Source: a virus (lineage: Duplodnaviria; Caudoviricetes). Taken from it: a stretch of DNA of 41,898 nt. This document shows, piece by piece, positions 8,283-15,147 of the stretch (within the stretch, counting starts at the first letter, position 1; every line of letters starts with the position of its first letter). Both the position numbers and the translations under genes were made by a program. The stretch spans positions 1 through 41,898 of IMG/VR virus record IMGVR_UViG_3300037440_000669; one strand, written 5' to 3'. Under the pieces are notes generated by a model that ran no database searches, was not told where the DNA came from, and saw only the letters and a list, made by a program, of their open reading frames with translations.

Positions 8283-8639
8283 GTGAGCCGGCCGACTGAC
8301 AAGTCGGCCTTGTCACGCCGTCCGCCAGTACGGCGGGCTGCTTACCGGGAGACTCCGGACGTGGCGGCGGCCGTGGTGCGGCTGGTGACGGCGATCGGCC
8401 GCCGGGTTGCCGACGGCGATCCGGAGGACCTGACCGAGCTGCTGCGGGTCGACCGGGCGGTGGCCGAGGCGTACCGGGCCGGGGTGGACGGTCTACGCGC
8501 GGCCGGCCGCAGCGACGGCGAGATCGGGGCGGTGCTGGGTGTCACGCGGCAGGCGGTGGCGCAGCGTTGGCCCCGGGTGGCCGTGGTCCAACCGGCAGCT
8601 GAGCCGCCAAACTTCTCTGTTCGAGGTGGAGGACCATGA
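8283..8639 (+). CDS. HTH DNA-binding protein
   Basis: SDGEIGAVLGVTRQAVAQRW. Confidence 0.75.
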   Translation: MSRPTDKSALSRRPPVRRAAYRETPDVAAAVVRLVTAIGRRVADGDPEDLTELLRVDRAVAEAYRAGVDGLRAAGRSDGEIGAVLGVTRQAVAQRWPRVAVVQPAAEPPNFSVRGGGP

Positions 8640-9175
8640 CGAAGATCCGGTTTGACAGCAAGGTTTCGGCCAGCGCGGCGGACGCGTTGACGCCTTTGGC
8701 CGGGACGCTGTACGCGGCGCTGGGCACTCACCGTGTCGCGGTGATGGAGCTGGCCAGCGTGGAGCGTAACGACCTGGCCGACGACGAGGACAAGGAGCCG
8801 TACGTCAAGGTGCGGGTGGTGCACCTCGAGGTGGCCAACGAGGAGCAGGAGGAGACGCTGCGGCAGGCCCTGCGTGCGCTCAGGCTGCACCGCACGGCCA
8901 CCGGCACCCTGGACGAGGACGGGGAGGTGTAGCTGTCCACGTCCACGCTGCAGGGCACCGCTGGCATGCTCCACGCGGTCGAGGCGGCCAGGCTGCGTAC
9001 CGGCACCCAGCATTGGCTGGACTACGCCCGCCGGGTGCTGGCGTTGGACAAGCCTGCGGTCTCGGAGCTGCGCCACGAGCTGGACATTGTGGCCCGGGGG
9101 CTGGCGGCGGTGCTGCACGGCCCGTCCGGTCAGCTGCCGCTCGACGAGGCCGGGGCGGAGGGTGGCCATGGCTGA
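8636..9175 (+). pseudogene. Hypothetical gene interrupted by one in-frame TAG (8930-8932), or two in-frame ORFs
   Basis: ORFs 8636-8932 and 8966-9175 are in the same frame, separated only by the TAG and 11 sense codons. No clear RBS before 8966. Confidence 0.5.
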
Positions 9176-9350
9176 TCTCCGCACTGAGGCCGGGGTGGAG
9201 CTGGCCGGCGACGCGCTGTTCGTGTACGTCGACCGGCTCGGCCTGGACCCGGCAATGATCCGGCCGTACGCCGCCGCGGCTGCGGTGATGGACACGCTGG
9301 CCGGCCGGCGTGCCCGGCGGCGCGCGGTGCGGGAGGTGCGCGGTGGCTGA
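9168..9350 (+). CDS. Hypothetical protein
   Basis: GGAGG RBS; overlaps neighbours. Confidence 0.55.
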   Translation: MADLRTEAGVELAGDALFVYVDRLGLDPAMIRPYAAAAAVMDTLAGRRARRRAVREVRGG

Positions 9351-9621
9351 GCAGGATGTGTACGTACTGGCCGTGGTGCTGGATCGGACATCGTGCACCC
9401 ACGTCGGCGTGTTCCAGCGATCCGCGGGGGCGCAGTGGCCGTGCTCGACCTGCACGGCCCGGGCGGTGCTCGCCGCTGGCTGGCGCCCGGCGGGCATGGT
9501 CCGCGCCGAGGTGGCCGAGGAGATCGCGCGGTACCTCGAGGCCGCCACCTGGCAGAAGTGGGGCCCGAAGGCCGCCGGGATCGCCCGTGGCCGCGCCGGA
9601 GTCCGGGGGGAGGGCGGCTGA
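9343..9621 (+). CDS. Hypothetical protein with Cys motifs
   Basis: GGAGG RBS; C.H...CSTC. Confidence 0.5.
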   Translation: MAEQDVYVLAVVLDRTSCTHVGVFQRSAGAQWPCSTCTARAVLAAGWRPAGMVRAEVAEEIARYLEAATWQKWGPKAAGIARGRAGVRGEGG

Positions 9622-9749
9622 GCGACGACGTCGCGCGCTGGGCGCGCGGTCAGGGGGGACGCGCTGTGGCGCGGTCACGGTGGTGACCGCGCCAGACGCG
9701 TACCCACACATGAGAGACAGAGACCGCGGATCATGGGCGGAGGTGGCGG

Positions 9750-10832
9750 GTGCCGTACTGGCTGGAGAGCGACAGCTTCGGCCACGATCCGGTGTGGTCG
9801 GCGCTCGCCGGCGGCTCCGCGGCCCGTGAGGATGCGCTGCAGGCCGCGTATTGCCGGCTGCAGGCCGCGGCGTCGCACATCCGCAGCGACGGCTGGCTGA
9901 CTCGGGCGCAGGCGCTGCGGGAGTGCCGCGGCCGCGTCCAGGTGCTCGACCGGCTCGCGGCCCGGGTGCTCGCCGACCGGGCGCCGCGGCTGCACCGTCC
10001 CGCTGACCAGTGCGAGTGCCTGGAGGGTGTCGACTGGCGCGACGGGTACGACTTCGTGATCCACGGCTTCCTCAAACGGAACCCGAGCAAGGCGGAGAAC
10101 AAGCGGCACAGGGCGCAGCTGGCCGACCTGCGCGACGCACGGCTAAAGCAGCAGGTGTACGGCCGCGACGGCGGATGCTGCCGGTACTGCCGGTCTGGTC
10201 CGCTGCCACGCAAGGGCATGGGCAGGGCCCGCGACCGGCGGAAGGTCATCCACTACGACCACGTCGACCCGGACCGCCCGGCTGGCCCGGACGCGGTCAA
10301 CCTGGTGGTGGCGTGCGCCCGCTGCAACGAGTACAAGGGCCGCCGCACGCCGGCGGAGGCGGACATGGTGCTGCTGGACCCGCCGACCGACGCAGAGCGG
10401 GCAGCGTGGTTGGCCCGCGACCTGACCCTGATGGACCCCCCGCCGGCGGCGGCGACAACCGACGCGACAACCAACACGACAACCGACGAACAACCAACAG
10501 ACGCGTTGTCGGACGCGTTGTCGACAGGCTGTGACGACGGTTGTCCGTCGGATGATCCGCAGACCGTTTCCGCAGGTGAAGTGTGCCCTGACAACGGGCG
10601 ATCGTCGCCTGAATCAGCTGCAACGACGGCCGGGACAACGCCCGGGGAGGGTCTCGGCTCGGGTCGGGTCGGGCGCACGCGTGCGTCCGTTGGTGAGCTC
10701 GGCCAGCCGCTGCGCCCGCCAGATGCTCCGGACGTCTACCACCGGCGCTCGCGGGGGCCGGCGCCGCCGCACCTGCGGGACCTACCGCCGATCGATGACC
10801 ACCTGCCGGATCTGCCTGGAGGGGAGCCATGA
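9750..10832 (+). CDS. Putative replication initiator with central HNH domain
   Basis: GGAGG RBS. N-terminus MPYWLESDSF.HDP...SDGWLT resembles actinophage replisome organisers. HNH: CRYC...DHVDP...NLVVACARCNEYKG. Internal repeat array. Confidence 0.7.
   Translation: MPYWLESDSFGHDPVWSALAGGSAAREDALQAAYCRLQAAASHIRSDGWLTRAQALRECRGRVQVLDRLAARVLADRAPRLHRPADQCECLEGVDWRDGYDFVIHGFLKRNPSKAENKRHRAQLADLRDARLKQQVYGRDGGCCRYCRSGPLPRKGMGRARDRRKVIHYDHVDPDRPAGPDAVNLVVACARCNEYKGRRTPAEADMVLLDPPTDAERAAWLARDLTLMDPPPAAATTDATTNTTTDEQPTDALSDALSTGCDDGCPSDDPQTVSAGEVCPDNGRSSPESAATTAGTTPGEGLGSGRVGRTRASVGELGQPLRPPDAPDVYHRRSRGPAPPHLRDLPPIDDHLPDLPGGEP
10452..10546. repeat. Iteron-like array, candidate replication origin
   Basis: GACAACC at 10454, 10466 and 10478, ACAACC at 10490; inverted GTTGTC at 10505, 10517 and 10540. 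Confidence 0.6.
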
Positions 10833-11695
10833 CCACGACCGGCGACGTCGAGCAGGACCTGGACGCAGAGCTGGCCGACGCGCTCGCCGATGCGGTGGAG
10901 GTGGTCGGTCGGTTGCAGCATGCGTTCGGCTGGTGCCGCGTGCTGCTGTCGCCTGGTCGGGAGCCGCGGCCGGCGCCGCCGGTGCTGTCCGACGCTGCTC
11001 GCCGGCGGGCGGCGGACCTGGCTCGGGCGGAGGCGTCGGATCGGCGGGAGCTCCTGGCGGCTGGTTTGCCGGCTGGCGCCGCGTCGCCGGCGCCGCTCGA
11101 CGTTCGGCTCCTGGACGTGCAGCAGTGGACGGTGGACCGGGTGGCCCGGCTGGTGTCCCGGGTCGCGCGGGCCGGGCATCTCCGGCTACGCCTGAGGGTG
11201 GCGGACCCGGCCGGCGTGGTGGCCGCGCTGGACTGGCTGGTTGGGTTGTCGCCGCGGTGGGTGGTCTCGCCGGCGGGTGAGGTGTACCGGTGGGCTGGGG
11301 TGCTCGGCGACGTCGGGAAGCCGGGTGTGGTGGTGGAGGTCGTCGACGAGCTGCGGGAGCTGGCCGAGTACGTCCGCCAGGCGGTGGGCATCCTGACGGA
11401 TCGGATGGTGCCGTGGCCGGGTGGCCGGTGCCCGGCGTGCCGGCTGCGGACGCTGCAGATCGACGCGACGCTGGCTGACCCGCGGCATTGGACGGTGCGC
11501 TGCATCTCGGACGACTGCCGCTGCGGGCCGGGCTGCACCTGCCGGCAGCGGGTGCGCTACGAGGGGCGGCCGCATGGGTGGTCGTACGCCGAGCTGGACG
11601 GGCCGTTCGGGTTGCGGCCGGCGATCGCCGCGGCGGCCTCCGGCGGCCGCCGGGCGGTGCGCTCGGGCGTGGAGGGTTACGGGGACCGTGCCTGA
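10829..11695 (+). CDS. Hypothetical protein with C-terminal Zn finger (possible late regulator)
   Basis: CPAC...C....C.C...C.C...H; ATGA overlap; lies at the end of the early operon. Confidence 0.65.
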   Translation: MTTTGDVEQDLDAELADALADAVEVVGRLQHAFGWCRVLLSPGREPRPAPPVLSDAARRRAADLARAEASDRRELLAAGLPAGAASPAPLDVRLLDVQQWTVDRVARLVSRVARAGHLRLRLRVADPAGVVAALDWLVGLSPRWVVSPAGEVYRWAGVLGDVGKPGVVVEVVDELRELAEYVRQAVGILTDRMVPWPGGRCPACRLRTLQIDATLADPRHWTVRCISDDCRCGPGCTCRQRVRYEGRPHGWSYAELDGPFGLRPAIAAAASGGRRAVRSGVEGYGDRA

Positions 11696-11969
11696 GGTGG
11701 AGACGGTGCTGGTCGACGGGGTCCGTTACGCCCGGGCCGCCGGCGTGCTGGCGCAGCTGGGCCCCGACGTCACCCTGGAGATGCTGCGGTGGTGGGCCCG
11801 TTCGGGTCAGGTGGCTCGGGTCTGGGATGGCCGGTGCTACTGGTACGACCTGGTCTCCGCTGCACACGCGGAACTGGCCGCGGCCGATTCAGGCCGCGGC
11901 CGGTTCCGTCGTGGACACACGGTGAATCAACGTCGATCTAGGCCTGGAGCTGGATCGCAGGCGGTGTGA
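11688..11969 (+). CDS. Small MerR/Xis-like HTH protein
   Basis: VTLEMLRWWARSGQV....DGRCYWYDL pattern. Confidence 0.65.
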   Translation: MPEVETVLVDGVRYARAAGVLAQLGPDVTLEMLRWWARSGQVARVWDGRCYWYDLVSAAHAELAAADSGRGRFRRGHTVNQRRSRPGAGSQAV

Positions 11970-12423
11970 CCACCCGGAACTCGAGCCGATTGATCTCGTG
12001 ATCGTCAATGGTGAAGACAAACGAGTACAGCCCCGGCATCGCAAAACTGACGCCATCGATGTTGACCGCGATCGGGATGTTCTGCCGGTCACCCGACTGG
12101 AGGTTCGGCGGCCGGCCGATGGTGAAGTCGGCATGCCCGTGGATCCGCAGCCCCTCGTGATCGGGCGGCACGAGCGCGCCATCGGGCGCAACACCCTGCC
12201 CATCCGCGGCCAAGAGGACGAACCCGAGGCGGTGCTGCTTGTTGGTCTGCGTGTAGGGCACGCCAACGACTGCGGCGAGCCCGACTCTCGCGATCTTGAC
12301 GGGGAGCTTGTCGCTGTTCACCATGTTCCAGCCGCCCCCCTGCACGTAGAGCTTCCCGTCCGCGGCCGCCGCACTGTCGGCGAGGATCGCGTCGAGGGTG
12401 AAGTCACCGCGATCGGTGGCCAT
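11938..12423 (-). CDS. Moron protein, beta-sandwich (DUF6941-like)
   Basis: AAGGAG RBS, own promoter, lower GC. Motifs ILAD.A...DGKLYVQGGGW and PG.YSF...ID..E..R..F.V. Confidence 0.75.
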   Translation of the reverse strand: MATDRGDFTLDAILADSAAAADGKLYVQGGGWNMVNSDKLPVKIARVGLAAVVGVPYTQTNKQHRLGFVLLAADGQGVAPDGALVPPDHEGLRIHGHADFTIGRPPNLQSGDRQNIPIAVNIDGVSFAMPGLYSFVFTIDDHEINRLEFRVVTPPAIQLQA

Positions 12424-12455
12424 GTCTCTCCTTCTTGTTGATCTTGATACTGCGC

Positions 12456-12540
12456 TGTAGTACAGGCTAGCGGGCCCTGTACGACGCTGTCAAGCTGAAG
12501 TTGGGGCTTCCGTATACGGCACGTGTCATGATGTACTACA
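12456..12540. promoter_or_regulatory. Divergent promoter region with inverted operator pair
   Basis: Minus strand TTGACA (12493-12488)-N18-TAGCCT (12469-12464). TGTAGTACA (12456-12464) and its reverse complement TGTACTACA (12532-12540). Confidence 0.7.
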
Positions 12541-12571
12541 GAAAACTCGCACGCGAAAGGGGGTTTAACCT

Positions 12572-12838
12572 ATGGGACGGGAAGCAAGAGGGTCGATCGT
12601 CTCCGTCCGGCTATCAGAGCAAGAGCAAATCCAGCTCCGGCAGATCGCTGAGAGCCGCGGTACCTCGATCTCGGAGGTCATTCGATCATACGTAGCAGGC
12701 GAAATGCATCCGACGCCTCTTGGCCAGACTGCGTCAGCACAACCAACCAACCCGAGTGTGCACATCGAAGGTGGGGTCCGCTGGCAGGCCGGTACTGAGG
12801 CTGTCGCCGATGGCACCAACCTAAACATGTGGTCGTAG
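12572..12838 (+). CDS. Ribbon-helix-helix (CopG-like) protein
   Basis: IVSVRLSEQE..QLRQIAESRGTSISEVIRSYV; AAAGGGGG RBS. Confidence 0.8.
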   Translation: MGREARGSIVSVRLSEQEQIQLRQIAESRGTSISEVIRSYVAGEMHPTPLGQTASAQPTNPSVHIEGGVRWQAGTEAVADGTNLNMWS

Positions 12839-12841
12839 CCT

Positions 12842-12897
12842 GGCGAACAGACGGGGCCCTCCGAGTTTCTGACCTCTCGGGGGGCCGCCTGTTCGCC
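12842..12897 (+). terminator. Long hairpin directly after the RHH gene
   Basis: ggcgaacag...ctgttcgcc outer stem with ggccctccgag/ctcggggggcc inner stem. Confidence 0.65.
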
Positions 12898-12980
12898 GGT
12901 GCCCAAAAGCGGTCGGCCGTTGCCCGGTGCCCGCGCACGACAGCAGCTACCGGTCGCCGTCGTGGTACATTCTCCACCCA

Positions 12981-13268
12981 GAGGGTGCTGGCAGAGGCTG
13001 CGCAGGAGCGGCCCGCGGGCGCCCTTCGATGACTTCCGAGCAGGGTCACTACCTCGCGGCTTTCGGTGGGCTGCGGGGTCCCGGAGTGTACGGCCGGCCC
13101 ACCACCCCCGGTACATGAGGGGGGTAGCGGCACAGCACCGAAGCACGGCAACGTGCTGGCGCGCTGGTAAGTCCGTCCCCCGCCGTCGGGGTGGTGGTGA
13201 GTGCGGGTAAGCGTGGCCCGACACAGCAGAGCACGATCCCCGGGGCTGGTCTGGTCCTGGCCCTGGGG
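12981..13268 (+). ncRNA. Candidate structured RNA or late-operon leader
   Basis: Five to six consecutive helices, including a ~100-nt rod closed by ccaccacccc/ggggtggtgg and capped by agcacg-GCAA-cgtgct. Extended -10-like TGgTACATT at 12963-12971. Confidence 0.5.
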
Positions 13269-13291
13269 CACACCGAGGGGGGTGGGGTGTG

Positions 13292-13705
13292 GTGCCGACT
13301 CGCCCAGCGTCCCCGTGTGGGTGGCGGGGGTGGCCACCCTGCCCGCATCGCAGGCCGTGCCCGGTGCATCCGCCCCGGCCTCGCCGGCGTACGCCTGATG
13401 GCAGGGAGAGCGCAGCACGTAGGGGTTACGACAGGCGCCACCGGGAGTGGCGCCGGAAGGTACTCAGGAACGACCCGATCTGCGTGTTGTGCAACAGCAG
13501 GCCAAGCAAGCGAGCGGACCACTTCCCGCTTGGCGTCGACGAGCTCCAGGCGCAGGGCCTCGACCCATGGGGTAGCTCGCTGCTCGGTCGAGGTTTGTGT
13601 GTACGATGCGACAGCAGGCAGACCGCGCAGCGTCAGCCTGGTGGCTGGCATCGGGACCAGCTGAGGTCGGCGCAGACCCCCGCCCCCGGGTCGGAATCCG
13701 TGTGA
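13292..13705 (+). CDS. Packaging-associated HNH endonuclease
   Basis: C..H N-terminus, RGYD..H..WR..VL..DPICVLC, ADH, GRGLCVRC. Immediately upstream of terS. Confidence 0.8.
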   Translation: MPTRPASPCGWRGWPPCPHRRPCPVHPPRPRRRTPDGRESAARRGYDRRHREWRRKVLRNDPICVLCNSRPSKRADHFPLGVDELQAQGLDPWGSSLLGRGLCVRCDSRQTAQRQPGGWHRDQLRSAQTPAPGSESV

Positions 13706-13815
13706 TGGGGCATGTAGACCGCCGGGGTGTTAGCCGAGCGCACGCACGCTCAAGCTGATGACCCCCCTTGTGATCCTGTTGCCCCCCTTGGGGTTGAGCC
13801 CTCCGGGAGTCCACT

Positions 13816-14292
13816 GTGCCTAGCCCGAAACCCCGCCCTGCTCACCTCAAGTTGATCTCTGGGCGGAGCGAGGGGAAGGACTCCGGCGGCCGGGAGGTCA
13901 AGCAGCCGCCCGGGTTCGTGCGGCTGCCGCCGGAGGCGCCGGACTGGTTGCCGGAGGAGGCGCGGGCCGAGTGGCAGCGGGTGGTGCCGGAGCTGCAGAG
14001 GCTGCAGCTGCTCAAGCCGATCGACCGGGCGGCGCTCACCGCGTACTGCCTGACTTGGGACCGGTTGGTCACCGCGCAGCGCGAGCTCGCCGAGAACACG
14101 GACGATCAGGGCCGGCCCTCGACGCTCGGCACGAACAGCCAGGGCGTGGTGCGGCACCCGGCCGTCGCGGTAATTGAGGCGGCGTCCAAGGAGCTCCGGG
14201 CGTGGTGCGGTGAGTTCGGGTTCACCCCGTCCGCCGAAGGCCGGCTCAGCACCCCGGACGGCGACGGCGGCGAGGACGACCCGTACGCCTGA
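13816..14292 (+). CDS. terS: Terminase small subunit (P27-like)
   Basis: P.P..LKL..G, PPEAPDWL...A..EW.RV, D.AAL.AYC, HPAV, EFG.TPSA..RL. Confidence 0.92.
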   Translation: MPSPKPRPAHLKLISGRSEGKDSGGREVKQPPGFVRLPPEAPDWLPEEARAEWQRVVPELQRLQLLKPIDRAALTAYCLTWDRLVTAQRELAENTDDQGRPSTLGTNSQGVVRHPAVAVIEAASKELRAWCGEFGFTPSAEGRLSTPDGDGGEDDPYA

Positions 14293-14307
14293 CGCTGGGG
14301 GTGGCTC

Positions 14308-15147
14308 GTGCCGGATGCTTTCTACTGGACCGAGCTCGCGACGGTGTACCAGGCCGACGCGCTCGTGGTCCTGCGGGAGCTGCCGGCGGCCTCGGCCGAC
14401 GCGGTCATCACCGACCCGCCCTATTCGTCGGGTGGCCAGTTCCGCTCAGACCGGATCCAGGGCGTGCACACCAAGTACGTGCAGACCGGCTCCGGCAGCG
14501 GTAACCGGTTGCCGGCGTTCACCGGCGACAACCGCGACCAGCATGGGTACGGGTACTGGTGTGCGCTGTGGCTCGGTGAGTGCCGCCGCATCGTGGTCCC
14601 GGGCGGCGTGATCGCGGTGTTCTGCGACTGGCGGCAGCTGCCGGTCACCTCGGACATGCTGCAGGCCGCCGGCATCGTATGGCGGGGGATCCTGCCCTGG
14701 CACAAGCCGAACGGCCGCCCGGTGCAGGGCCGGTGGGCCAATCAGTGCGAGTACGTGGTCTGGGGCACCAACGGGCCGCGGGCGCTCGGCATGCTCGGCT
14801 CACGTGCACTGGCCGGGTTTCTGCAGGCCAACCCGCCGCGAGTGCGTGACCACATCACGCAGAAGCCGCTGCAGATCATGCGGGAGCTGGTGAAGATCGC
14901 ACCGGTGGGCGGGGTGGTGCTCGACCCGTTCGCCGGCGCCGGCACCACCGGGGTCGCTGCGTTGCACGAGGGCCGCCGGTTCGTCGGGGTCGAGCAGGAC
15001 CCGCGGCATTGTGCGACGATCGCCCGCAACCTCGACGCCGCGCAGCTGATCGCCGGCCCGGCCGCCGACGTGCTGCCGCTGGATTGGGCGGCCGCGGCCG
15101 CCGGCGAGGCGGAGGGCGCCGGTGGCGAGGAAATCGCGGACGCCTGA
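14308..15147 (+). CDS. DNA amino-methyltransferase (N6A/N4C, beta-class motif order)
   Basis: TDPPY catalytic motif precedes H.TQKP and the VLDPFAGAGTTG SAM-binding motif. Confidence 0.93.
   Translation: MPDAFYWTELATVYQADALVVLRELPAASADAVITDPPYSSGGQFRSDRIQGVHTKYVQTGSGSGNRLPAFTGDNRDQHGYGYWCALWLGECRRIVVPGGVIAVFCDWRQLPVTSDMLQAAGIVWRGILPWHKPNGRPVQGRWANQCEYVVWGTNGPRALGMLGSRALAGFLQANPPRVRDHITQKPLQIMRELVKIAPVGGVVLDPFAGAGTTGVAALHEGRRFVGVEQDPRHCATIARNLDAAQLIAGPAADVLPLDWAAAAAGEAEGAGGEEIADA

Noticed and set aside
10452-10546. Repeat array considered as CRISPR or a DGR repeat
   Set aside because: Units are 6-7 bp with ~5-bp gaps. No cas or reverse transcriptase gene was recognised in the window.
12501-12695. 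64-aa ORF overlapping the RHH gene
   Set aside because: TTG start without an RBS; conflicts with the clearer RHH frame and the operator region.
12981-13705. Structured RNA plus HNH as an IscB/HEARO-like RNA-guided system
   Set aside because: The HNH is ~137 aa with no RuvC or PLMP motifs and sits in the standard position before terS. The RNA is kept as a separate finding.
13728-13737. TGTTAGCCGA matches the attR arm (41754-41763)
   Set aside because: A single 10-bp match without the core or second arm; plausibly chance.
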